From the NCBI GenBank assembly GCA_963674705.1, contig OY771506.1:5120001-5184000 (forward strand): DNA of 64,000 nt, given 5' to 3'. Origin of the DNA: Phycisphaeraceae bacterium. Lineage in GTDB: Bacteria > Planctomycetota > Phycisphaerae > Phycisphaerales > Phycisphaeraceae. Below are positions 21,083-29,983 of this stretch, one piece after another. The notes beneath the pieces are model-generated. The model was not told the origin of the DNA, made no database searches, and saw only the letters and a list, made by a program, of their open reading frames with translations. Each line of letters starts with the position of its first letter. Positions within the stretch are counted from its first letter, which is position 1. The position numbers and the translations under genes were made by a program.

Positions 21083-22159
21083 ATGATCGAACTCAAAGAA
21101 AACTGCCGTTACAACCTCGTCATCCCCACCAGCATGGGTACGCGTCTGACGCCGATCAACGGCCAGCCGTTCCACTGCTCCGACACCTTCAAAATGCAGG
21201 CAACCAGTGCCGAATCAAACGTCGGCAGCGCGTCGTCGTACCTTGGTCTGAAAGTGAAGATCCTGACCGCTTTCGTAAAAGGCAGCCCGGTCTCGCGCTT
21301 TATCAAGGACAACCTCGCCGGCCGACATATGGATTATGAAGGCCCGGAGTTCGACCAGGGCGGGCCCTGGGGCTACCGGCATCAGATCAACATGGCCGAC
21401 TCCGGCGCAGGCTCACGCGGCCCACGTGTGGCCAATGACCGTGCCGGTGAAGTCGGACGCATGCTCAACGTCAAGGACTTCGATCTCGACCGCATCTTCG
21501 CGAAGGAAGGTGCGCAGATCGTCCACCTTTCCGGTCTGATCGGTGCGCTCTCTCCGGATACCAGCAAGTTCTGCCTGGAAATCGCACGTGCCGCCAAGGC
21601 GAATGGATCTCGCATCAGCTTCGACCTGAACCACCGCGCCACCTTCTGGAAGGGCCGAGAGAAGGAACTCAGTGAAGTCTTCCACGAAATCGCCGGCCTG
21701 GCGGACATCCTTGTGGGTAACGAGGAAGACTTCCAGCTTTGCCTTGGCATCAAGGGACCTGAAGCCGGCGGCATTGGTATCGACGCCAAGATCGAAAGCT
21801 TCAAAGAAATGATCGGCCGGGTGCAGAAGACCTACAGCAACGCCAGCGTCTTCGCGACCACGCTGCGTGAAGTCGTGAATGTCAATTGTCATAAGTGGGG
21901 CGCGATTGTTTTTGCCGATGATGACTGGCATGTCCTGCCGCCACGCGAAATCGGTGTGGTCGACCGCATCGGCGGGGGTGACGGCTTCGTCGGCGGATTG
22001 CTCTACGGTATCCTCAAAAAATGGAACGCAGAGAAGTGCGCCCAGTTCGGCTGGGCCAACGGTGCGTTAACCGCAACGTTGCTGACCGACTATTCGCAAC
22101 CGGCGGATGAAGAGCAGGTCTGGAGCATCTGGGAAGGCAACGCCCGCGTCAAACGCTAG
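21083..22159 (+). CDS. PfkB family sugar kinase, 2-keto-3-deoxygluconate kinase-like
   Basis: SAESNV, ISFDLNHRATFW, GNEEDFQ, VDRIGGGDGFVGG PfkB signature. Likely start ATG 21083. Confidence 0.88.
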   Translation: MIELKENCRYNLVIPTSMGTRLTPINGQPFHCSDTFKMQATSAESNVGSASSYLGLKVKILTAFVKGSPVSRFIKDNLAGRHMDYEGPEFDQGGPWGYRHQINMADSGAGSRGPRVANDRAGEVGRMLNVKDFDLDRIFAKEGAQIVHLSGLIGALSPDTSKFCLEIARAAKANGSRISFDLNHRATFWKGREKELSEVFHEIAGLADILVGNEEDFQLCLGIKGPEAGGIGIDAKIESFKEMIGRVQKTYSNASVFATTLREVVNVNCHKWGAIVFADDDWHVLPPREIGVVDRIGGGDGFVGGLLYGILKKWNAEKCAQFGWANGALTATLLTDYSQPADEEQVWSIWEGNARVKR

Positions 22160-22170
22160 TATTAGACATA

Positions 22171-22215
22171 CTCCCTCTCCCCCCGGGAGCCCCCGGAGAA
22201 TGGTCGGGGTGAGGG
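22171..22215 (+). repeat. REP-like CCCTCTCCC...GGGAG...GGGGTGAGGG motif (degenerate)
   Basis: CTCCCTCTCCCCCCGGGAG...GGTCGGGGTGAGGG between the kinase and LarA-like genes; resembles an intergenic palindrome type recalled from other bacteria. Confidence 0.45.
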
Positions 22216-22255
22216 CCGTTTTACTTTCAACCTAAAGCGTTATTGACCCCATACC

Positions 22256-23548
22256 ATGCCAAACAACATCAACATCGGCGGCGAAAACGTCACGATCACA
22301 TCCAGTGACCTCGCTAACCGTCTCGATGCGTTGATCGAACAGATCAAGACAGAGCATAAGCTTAAACGCCTTTTGATCCTCCCGCCGGACATCACGCGCC
22401 TCAACTCACGTGCCGGCGAGATCACTGCTCATCTGTGGGATCGTCTGCATAATTCAGTGCACATCGATATCATGCCCGCGCTCGGCACCCACAAGCCCAT
22501 GACCGAAGCCGAGTGCATCCGCATGTTCGGCAAGGAAATCCCCTACGACCGCTTCCTCCCCCACCGCTGGCGCACCGACCTGAAAGAACTCGGCGAACTC
22601 ACCGCCGATGAAATCGCCAAGTTATCTGACGGCAAGTTCAAGGAACCGATGGCCGTCGCCGTCAACAAGCAGTTGTTCGATGGCAACTACGACCTGATTC
22701 TTTCGATCGGCCAGGTCGTGCCGCATGAAGTAATCGGCCTTGCGAATTACACCAAGAATATCCTCGTCGGCACGGGCGGTCGCGACACGATCAACAAGTC
22801 GCACTTCCTGGGCGCGGTCTGCGGGATGGAATCGATCATGGGCCGAATCGACACGCCGGTGCGTCGGGCGCTGAACACCGCGTTCGATCGTTACCTGCGT
22901 GAAGCATTGCCCATCCGCTTCCTATTGACCGTCGTCGGCGCTGAGGGTGAAGACACCGTGCTGCGTGGCTTGTACTACGGTGACGACGATAAGACTTTCG
23001 AGCAGGCTGCCGAGTTGAGCCGACGCATTAACTTCCAGGTTCTGGACAAACCGATCAAGCGGTGCGTGGTGTATCTCGATCCCGAAGAATTCCATTCGAC
23101 GTGGTTGGGCAACAAGGCTGTCTATCGCACACGCATGGCCATGGCGGATGACGGCGAGTTGATCGTCCTCGCACCCGGTGTGAGGATGTTCGGCGAAGAT
23201 GCGGAGATCGACCAACTCATCCGCGCGCACGGCTACAACGGCACGCCCAAAATACTCGAAACCCTCAAAACGAATCCGGAACTTGCAGGCAATCTCTCCG
23301 CCGCCGCACACCTGATCCACGGCTCGAGTGAAGGCCGGTTCAGCATCACCTACTGCACCACCGCCCTGTCGCGTGAAGAGATTGAAGGCGTCGGCTACCT
23401 TTACCGCCCTTACGAAGAAGCCGCCAGGCAGTACGACATCAGGAAGCTTGCCATCGGTTGGAACAAGGATATGGATGGTCAGCCGTTCTACTACATACCT
23501 AACCCCGCGCTTGGACTGTGGGCCAGCCGCGATCGTTTGGGTGATTAG
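22256..23548 (+). CDS. Lactate racemase (LarA/DUF2088) family protein, probable sugar-acid 2-epimerase
   Basis: LILPPDITR, ALGTHKPMT, GQVVPHEVIGLANYTKN, HLIHGSSEGRF motifs; directly follows a KDG kinase-like gene. Confidence 0.85.
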   Translation: MPNNINIGGENVTITSSDLANRLDALIEQIKTEHKLKRLLILPPDITRLNSRAGEITAHLWDRLHNSVHIDIMPALGTHKPMTEAECIRMFGKEIPYDRFLPHRWRTDLKELGELTADEIAKLSDGKFKEPMAVAVNKQLFDGNYDLILSIGQVVPHEVIGLANYTKNILVGTGGRDTINKSHFLGAVCGMESIMGRIDTPVRRALNTAFDRYLREALPIRFLLTVVGAEGEDTVLRGLYYGDDDKTFEQAAELSRRINFQVLDKPIKRCVVYLDPEEFHSTWLGNKAVYRTRMAMADDGELIVLAPGVRMFGEDAEIDQLIRAHGYNGTPKILETLKTNPELAGNLSAAAHLIHGSSEGRFSITYCTTALSREEIEGVGYLYRPYEEAARQYDIRKLAIGWNKDMDGQPFYYIPNPALGLWASRDRLGD

Positions 23549-23570
23549 TCCAGTATCAAACGTAATACTT

Positions 23571-24536
23571 TCACGCCGCCCTGGTATGGCTCAGCGCATC
23601 AACGATGTGATTTGCGCTGCCTGAACCGCCGACGACAATCAGTTGGTCGCCGCTGTTCACGACCGTGTCGTCGCTTGGCCGAAGCACGCGCGTCCCGGCC
23701 TCTTGCATAATCGCAACCACGATGGTTTTCTCACCGATCAGTTGATAGACCTGTGATAGTGGCTGGCTGGTGAACCCCGGGAAGCGGTCCAGCGAGACGC
23801 GCGAAAGTTCGAGGTCGGGCCAGTGGCCGTCCAGTTCAATCATGTCGTCGATCTGCGGGTGGATCATGTAGCTCGACGCCCGCGCCGCTCCCATCACGGC
23901 CGGGCAGATCACACGGTTAGCGCCTGCCCGCAACAGCTTCGGCTCGGTCTCCGCTTCATCGCAGCGCGAGGTGATATCCAGATCATGCTTGATGCCGCGT
24001 GCTGTCAGGGTGATCAGAACATTATCCGCATCATGCGCCAGGCATGTCACCAGGCCCCTCGCCCGCACGATCCCTGCTTCTTCGAGGATCGCGTCATGCA
24101 TCGCATCGCCTTCGATACAAAGGTAGCCCATTTCCTCCGCATCTCGCAGGCTTCGGGTTTTCATGTCAATGACAACGAAAGGCATCCCGCGATAGGCGAG
24201 CGTCGAACACAACGCCTGGCCCATCCGGCCGAAGCCGACCACGATGAAGTGCCCGTTGAGCTTGCGGATCTGTGAAGTCACCTTTCGCCTCCCGATCATA
24301 TGCTTGAACTGACCTTCGACCACAAACGACACCATCTGCCCGGTCGCGTACAACACGACACCGATCCCGCCGATCATCAGCACCAACGACCAGACCCGGT
24401 CGGCATCGTTCTTCGCCCCCTCCATCCCCACCGTCGTAAGGATGACGACTGTCAGGTACAGCGCGTGGAACATGTCCCGATCGCCGGTCAGCATCAAACC
24501 GAGCGTGCCGGTCATGGTCAGCAGCACGAGGATCAT
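23571..24536 (-). CDS. Two-TM ion channel with RCK (TrkA-N/TrkA-C) domains
   Basis: TM, pore helix TTVG, TM, then HFIVVGFGRMG Rossmann motif, GDA, DADN, KLLRAGANRVICP. Confidence 0.9.
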   Translation of the reverse strand: MILVLLTMTGTLGLMLTGDRDMFHALYLTVVILTTVGMEGAKNDADRVWSLVLMIGGIGVVLYATGQMVSFVVEGQFKHMIGRRKVTSQIRKLNGHFIVVGFGRMGQALCSTLAYRGMPFVVIDMKTRSLRDAEEMGYLCIEGDAMHDAILEEAGIVRARGLVTCLAHDADNVLITLTARGIKHDLDITSRCDEAETEPKLLRAGANRVICPAVMGAARASSYMIHPQIDDMIELDGHWPDLELSRVSLDRFPGFTSQPLSQVYQLIGEKTIVVAIMQEAGTRVLRPSDDTVVNSGDQLIVVGGSGSANHIVDALSHTRAA

Positions 24537-24730
24537 GAAGCTGACCTTAAGATGTTTCAGGGAATCTCTGATCTCAATCCTCCGATAACTAACACGGAGC
24601 CAGTGCTCCGACTTGACATCAGATCGGGTGTTCCGGTTAGTCGGATGAGTCCACGAATGGTTATCACCCCCCGTTGTAAGCGAAATGTGTTCTCGGCTTA
24701 GCGTGGCAGCCTGTTATCGTTCACCCACCA

Positions 24731-25471
24731 TCAAAACAGCATCGGCGTCTGCCCCCCGTTGCTGCCTTTACCGCCATCATTTTCCTGCACATCGGCCGGC
24801 TTCACACACGCGGGCCCTTCATGCCGTGCGTTGTTGACGTATGTCGTGACGGGTCGATGCATCATCAATTCTGCCGGATACGGTCGGCACAGGGCCTTGG
24901 CGGTCGTGATGTCTTCGGTGCTGGTATCGAGCCAGTTGCTGTAATCTTCCGGGTCCAGGATCACGGGCATGCGGTCGTGCAGTTCGCCGACCATCGCGTT
25001 CGCGGCGGTGGTCAGGATCGTACAGGTTTCCAGCTCGTTACCTGCCGGGTCCTGCCAGTGTTCCCACAAACCCGCCATCGCGAATGGCTGTTCATCCGCC
25101 ATCGTAATCAGGTAGGGTTGCCTGCCTTTCGCTCCACCGCCCTTCTCAGTTCGACGCCATTCGTAAAAACCATCCGCCGGGATCAGGCAGCGCCGGCGTT
25201 TGAACGCGTTTTTGAACGCGGGCTTTTCATGGGCCGTCTCCGATCGCGCGTTGATCATCCGGTTGCCGATCGCCACATCCTTCGCCCACGACGGCACGAA
25301 CCCCCATCGGAGCATGACCGACTCGCGCTTGCCGCCGTTCTGCCGAACCGCCAGCACGGGCTGCGTTGGCGCGACGTTGTAGCGTGAGATCAATTCCCAG
25401 ACTGCAAAATCCACACCCAGCAGCTTATCCAGCCGGTCTTCGACAATCGTCAGCATGAATCGGCCACACAT
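24731..25471 (-). CDS. SOS response-associated peptidase (SRAP/YedK/HMCES family)
   Basis: MCGRF N-terminus, RYNVAPTQ, INARSET, RCLIPADGFYEW, HDRMPVIL. Confidence 0.95.
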   Translation of the reverse strand: MCGRFMLTIVEDRLDKLLGVDFAVWELISRYNVAPTQPVLAVRQNGGKRESVMLRWGFVPSWAKDVAIGNRMINARSETAHEKPAFKNAFKRRRCLIPADGFYEWRRTEKGGGAKGRQPYLITMADEQPFAMAGLWEHWQDPAGNELETCTILTTAANAMVGELHDRMPVILDPEDYSNWLDTSTEDITTAKALCRPYPAELMMHRPVTTYVNNARHEGPACVKPADVQENDGGKGSNGGQTPMLF

Positions 25472-25573
25472 AATCCCGTCCCTTGCAGAATAAATCCGTA
25501 AATGGAATCATACCGGCTGAACCAGCCGCGCCAAAGCCGCGTACAGAAGTCAGACCCGGGAAGGACAAACGTC

Positions 25574-26221
25574 ATGGCCGAAACAGATCTAGGCCGAAAC
25601 ACACGAACAACACGCAAACAGCTGGTAATCGCGATACTCGTGGGTCTGTTTGTGTGGGGATTATCTCTGCTGGTTGCCTGGAAGCTCAGCGGCATTGCAC
25701 CCGGGGTCGGACCCGAGCAATCTTACACACAGCATATCTTGATCTATCGCATCAACCATGCAATATCAGAATATGAAAAGGAGCACGACGAGAAAGTCGA
25801 ATCATTATACCAACTGTTGGATGATGGTTACCTTGAAATAACAACTGATGGGAAACTACTTGATGGCTGGGAGAATCCGATGGTCGTTGAATACGATGGT
25901 ACTCAACTTATATTCACCAGCTACGGACGCGACGGCAAACCCGGTGGTAAAGGGCTGGACCATGATCTGACCAATCTCGACCCATCACCCGATGGAGCAA
26001 TAGTCACGTTCTATCAGTTTCTCTTTAACGCCCCAATTAGGAGCATCCGGTTGTGGAGCTTTGCAATCGGTGTCTTTACATTCATCGCCATTATCAATGA
26101 TAGAGGGAGCAGAAAGAAGCAGCCATGGCGACACAATATAGTTAACATAAGTGTATTCATCATTGCAGCCTGCATTGTCGCTGGTTTCATGAGTATCCTG
26201 CAGCTATATTCCGGTCATTAA
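25574..26221 (+). CDS. Membrane protein with GspG-like (T2SSG) domain, paralog 1
   Basis: DGWENP...TSYGRDGKPGGKGLDHDLT motif between one N-terminal TM and two C-terminal TMs. ATG 25574 with AAGGA RBS. Confidence 0.75.
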   Translation: MAETDLGRNTRTTRKQLVIAILVGLFVWGLSLLVAWKLSGIAPGVGPEQSYTQHILIYRINHAISEYEKEHDEKVESLYQLLDDGYLEITTDGKLLDGWENPMVVEYDGTQLIFTSYGRDGKPGGKGLDHDLTNLDPSPDGAIVTFYQFLFNAPIRSIRLWSFAIGVFTFIAIINDRGSRKKQPWRHNIVNISVFIIAACIVAGFMSILQLYSGH

Positions 26222-26258
26222 TACCCATCAGCAGTTATTCGATTAGAGTTACTTACAA

Positions 26259-26993
26259 ATGACAACAGAAAACAATCCCGACAAACGTGATCGCAAGACA
26301 GTCATCAAGATGATGGTGCTTTCGAGCATCCTGTCATTAATCAGTTTTGCGCTCGTGTGGCTGACCACAACATTTGTCGCGTGGCAGTTTTCCAACAATT
26401 CGTACGGCATCAGGCCCGAGCAATGGACCACGCAGGAATTTCTACAGCAATGCAGCTCTGAAATTGCAGAATATGCGGTCCAAGGCAAGATCAGCGAGTT
26501 TGATTTACGTACATTTGAACCGCCCAATGAATACTACACTGAACGCCTTTTCCATACAGACAACGACGGACAGTGGCTTGACGGCTGGGACAGGCCTTAC
26601 CTGGTAGAGTCGGGCGGCGGGAATGTCGTTGTGACTTCTCTCGGCCGGGATGGTAAACCGGGAGGCATTGGTCTGGATATCGACCTCACCAGCGACGAAA
26701 CTCACCCGCTTGATTTTCAGCCTACCTTCGGCCAATTCCTGCAAACCGACAACGCCAACGCCAAAGAAGTCCGCATGTGGTGTCTGGCTATCAGCGTCGG
26801 CTTCTTTGTAGTCGTCGCTACAGGTGCGTTGTTACTGATATACACGGCCTCCAAGTTAACAACGAAACAATACACGTGGCTGATCACACAGATCTGTTCC
26901 TTGATTGTGTTCATCGGCTTCACCGCATTCTTCGGCGGACTGATCAGCCTGTTGCACGTAAACCTGCTCCCCCCTTATGCCTCGGGGCACTGA
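26259..26993 (+). CDS. Membrane protein with GspG-like (T2SSG) domain, paralog 2
   Basis: DGWDRPY...TSLGRDGKPGGIGLDIDLT; same topology as the upstream gene. Confidence 0.78.
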   Translation: MTTENNPDKRDRKTVIKMMVLSSILSLISFALVWLTTTFVAWQFSNNSYGIRPEQWTTQEFLQQCSSEIAEYAVQGKISEFDLRTFEPPNEYYTERLFHTDNDGQWLDGWDRPYLVESGGGNVVVTSLGRDGKPGGIGLDIDLTSDETHPLDFQPTFGQFLQTDNANAKEVRMWCLAISVGFFVVVATGALLLIYTASKLTTKQYTWLITQICSLIVFIGFTAFFGGLISLLHVNLLPPYASGH

Positions 26994-26996
26994 CGC

Positions 26997-27422
26997 ATGA
27001 AGTTCCGTTTCCTGCTGGACCCGCTATTTGTCTTTTGCTTCGTGCTGTACTTCGTCAACAGGCTGCTGTTGAAGCCTTATGTGCCTAATACCTTCTCACA
27101 GAATTACCTGAACGACCTGATCCTGATTCCCTTCTGGCTGCCGATCATGTTGTTTACGATGCGGCTTGTACGTTTGCGTGATACCCGGCCGCCGCGCGTG
27201 CATGAAGTACTGATCCCGCTGGTCCTTTGGTCGGTGTGGTTTGAATTCATTCTGCCGTATACCGCAGCATTCAAAGGCCTGTCCATCGCCGATCCGTACG
27301 ACATCCTTTTCTACGGCCTGGGCGCACTTGCATCTATCTTGTTCTGGAAGCTCTGGTATAAGCGCCTTCACACAACGCAATCATCTGCAAACCGCTTAGC
27401 AAATCAGGCTGCTACCGGCTAG
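26997..27422 (+). CDS. Small multi-pass membrane protein (VanZ/DUF2809-like motif pattern)
   Basis: About 4 TMs with YLNDL, EFILP and ADPYDILFYGLG; starts 4 nt after the upstream stop. Confidence 0.7.
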   Translation: MKFRFLLDPLFVFCFVLYFVNRLLLKPYVPNTFSQNYLNDLILIPFWLPIMLFTMRLVRLRDTRPPRVHEVLIPLVLWSVWFEFILPYTAAFKGLSIADPYDILFYGLGALASILFWKLWYKRLHTTQSSANRLANQAATG

Positions 27423-27431
27423 AATCCCGGG

Positions 27432-27929
27432 ATGAGCGACCCGCAGTTACCCGTGTACATCATCGAAGCAGACTTCGACAATCCGCGTCACCAGGCGGAC
27501 CTGATCGCGATGCTGGACGATTACGCCCAGGACCCGATGGGCGGCGGCAGGCCGTTAACCGAAGAGGTCAGAGCACGCCTGATCCCGGGCCTCCGGGCAC
27601 ACCCGGCCGCGTATTCTTTTCTTGCCTACAAGGGCGATCCCAACGTCGGCGGCGAAGCGATCGGGCTCGCTAACTGCTTTATGGGTTTCTCCACGTTCGC
27701 AGGCAAACCACTTATCAACATCCACGATATCTCCGTCACGAAGGCCGCACGCAGGATGGGCGTCGGCCGAAAGCTGCTGGACGCTGTGAGAGATAAGGCC
27801 AAATCCCTCGGTTGCTGTTACGTCACACTCGAAGTGCGCGAAGATAACCCGACCGCTCAAAAAGTCTACGCCGACTACGGCTTCCACGATCAGGGCATCC
27901 CGCATCACTTCTGGAAACTGAAAGTGTGA
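27432..27929 (+). CDS. GNAT family N-acetyltransferase
   Basis: NIHDISV...ARRMGVGRKLL acetyl-CoA motif, TLEVREDNPTAQKVY..YGF. Confidence 0.92.
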   Translation: MSDPQLPVYIIEADFDNPRHQADLIAMLDDYAQDPMGGGRPLTEEVRARLIPGLRAHPAAYSFLAYKGDPNVGGEAIGLANCFMGFSTFAGKPLINIHDISVTKAARRMGVGRKLLDAVRDKAKSLGCCYVTLEVREDNPTAQKVYADYGFHDQGIPHHFWKLKV

Positions 27930-27933
27930 GGCT

Positions 27934-27975
27934 GGGGATTGGGGATTGGGGATTGGGGATTGGGGATTGGGGATT
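27934..27975 (+). repeat. Heptamer tandem repeat (GGGGATT)6
   Basis: Six perfect copies immediately after the GNAT stop codon. Confidence 0.95.
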
Positions 27976-28091
27976 GGAAAATTGTATTGCTCTTTGCCAA
28001 CGCCGGTCCTGAGCGCAGCGAAGGGGCGGGCTGATTAGAGCAGGAGAATGTAGAACAGGTAAACAGTAGACTCTCTCACCTGCTCTGCTCT

Positions 28092-28724
28092 CTACAACTT
28101 CGGCTCTTCCAACGGCACCGGGCAGATATCTTTGCGTTTACATCCCTCACAGCACGCGCCTTCCCACAACGCATTGAACTCCTGAAGCACGCTATCGATC
28201 AATGGTGATGCGTGCGTCCAGATGCCCAGTTCGAAGTTGCGTCGATCCGCTGATTTCGCGCCGAGCCCCGCGCCGGTCAGGTTCGCTGAGCCGAGGTACA
28301 TCGCGCAGGCATCGACGATCACTGTCTTGGCGTGCAGCCTCGGACAGCGACGGATGATTAACGATCCCGGCGCATCCTTCAGCCCTGTAGCCAGCTTCTT
28401 CAACTCTCGCAGCGTCGGACCGCTGGGCACGCCCGCATGCAACAGCCGGACCTCCACCCCTTTCTGTGCCAGTTTGACAAGATGATGCACGATCGACGGT
28501 GCGTTTCTACTCCTGCTTCCGGGGATCGGCACGAGCATCGCCTTGAAGTCGGCGGTCATGATGTCCAGGCTGACTTCAGCCCGCAAGATGCCGTCGATGA
28601 CGACTCGTTGTAAGTGTGCTTCATTAGCAATCAGTTCCGCCTGTCCGAGCGCAGCCACAGCGTTGCCGGAGGCGTGATTGATTGGCAGTTTTTGCCGGGT
28701 GGGTCTGGCCATCCGGCACTTCAT
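28092..28724 (-). CDS. Single-HKD phospholipase D/nuclease-like protein with C-terminal Cys cluster
   Basis: LHAKTVIVD...GSANLT...NFELG motif; ends CCEGCKRKDICP. Confidence 0.85.
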   Translation of the reverse strand: MKCRMARPTRQKLPINHASGNAVAALGQAELIANEAHLQRVVIDGILRAEVSLDIMTADFKAMLVPIPGSRSRNAPSIVHHLVKLAQKGVEVRLLHAGVPSGPTLRELKKLATGLKDAPGSLIIRRCPRLHAKTVIVDACAMYLGSANLTGAGLGAKSADRRNFELGIWTHASPLIDSVLQEFNALWEGACCEGCKRKDICPVPLEEPKL

Positions 28725-28732
28725 CGGCTAGA

Positions 28733-29584
28733 TCAGCGCCGCCGCGTCAACATCAACCCGGACAACGCCAGCCATGCCATCACCGCGGGTTCAGGCACGT
28801 AAGACGCGGGCATGCCGCCGGCGTTCCAGTTGTTCAGCACGACGTCCAGATCGTCCAGACCGACAAACCCATCGGGTAGGCCGTCGGGCCCGTTGACATC
28901 CGCCCGATCGTCCGCCGGCGGAACCCACATGTTCCAGTTGTTGAGGATGATGTCCAGATCATCAAGGCCCACAAAACCATCGCCGTTAAGGTCACCGGGG
29001 ATCCCGGCGCCGCTGAGCGGCGCGTAACCGGTCTCGAAGATCGTCAACTGCGAGAATGCACCATCTTCAGCCTCGACGGCCATGTACACGTAGGCCGCGT
29101 ACTCGCTTCCACCGGGGATGTCGAAGATAAGACCGGCGTAGCCTTCGATCTCGAATTCATTGATGCCGGCGGCTGTGTCCCAGATCGATTCGGTATAGGT
29201 AGATGCATATGTGTTACTAAGCTGTTGAGCTTCTATGTAGACGTCATCTGCAAACTCGAACCGGTAGACACCGTACCCGGTCAAGATCTGGTTGTTATAT
29301 TCGCCAACCGTGGCGGGGGTCAGGTGCACAGCCTCCCCGTAACCGCAACCGAGGCAATCCCCGCTGAAAGTAAGGTCGGTGATACCGTCCCCATCAATAT
29401 CGATGTCCACATCACTGGACATGTCATACGCGCCGGCGCCGTTGCCTTCCTGCCATTCCGGGCCTGCGAACGCTCCCTGTGCTTGCGTCGTCGCATTTGT
29501 ACCGACCGCAGCGGCGACCAAGGCCGCAGCCACAAGCCGGCTCTTGTCTTCAAACTCTCTTCGACGATAGTGTTGATGTTTCAT
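28733..29584 (-). CDS. PEP-CTERM protein with paired dockerin-like module
   Basis: Signal-like AAALVAAAVG, DIDIDGDGITD, GDLNGDGFVGLDDLD plus second repeat, VPEP plus TM plus RRR. Likely start ATG 29584. Confidence 0.88.
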   Translation of the reverse strand: MKHQHYRRREFEDKSRLVAAALVAAAVGTNATTQAQGAFAGPEWQEGNGAGAYDMSSDVDIDIDGDGITDLTFSGDCLGCGYGEAVHLTPATVGEYNNQILTGYGVYRFEFADDVYIEAQQLSNTYASTYTESIWDTAAGINEFEIEGYAGLIFDIPGGSEYAAYVYMAVEAEDGAFSQLTIFETGYAPLSGAGIPGDLNGDGFVGLDDLDIILNNWNMWVPPADDRADVNGPDGLPDGFVGLDDLDVVLNNWNAGGMPASYVPEPAVMAWLALSGLMLTRRR

Positions 29585-29983
29585 CGTATTGTCTCTCCCT
29601 GCTTGAGTAATAACTCGGACTGTGATCCATGAGATTGAATCGTTGATGTGATCGTGGCAAAGGATTCGGGCACAGAAACAATCCCAGCTCACACTGATAT
29701 TGTGTAAGTGCTAGTTACCAGAAGGCATTGCGCCAGACAGGCAAAAGTTGTATGTGCCCAGACATGTCACCCCCCTTTTGCTGAAGTATTCAGGCAAACC
29801 CCCGCCCAACAAATGTTTACCCCTCATCCACCGAGAGCTTTGGGAAACCACTCCCCAAGGATATGACTCGCGGTTATCACGCAGTATTATAATATTTTAC
29901 AGTCTTTTGTATAGGCATTTATACCTAGTCTTTATCATGATGGGCGGTCGCTGGCTCAGGATTGGAGGCAAATCATCTGCAAG

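Noticed and set aside
25574..26993. Type II secretion or type IV pilus operon
   Set aside because: No prepilin cleavage motif and no ATPase, secretin or platform genes nearby.
28037..28092. Possible further periodic inverted-repeat element (AGAGCAGG...CCTGCTCT)
   Set aside because: Only about 8 bp of clean complementarity and no clear periodicity.
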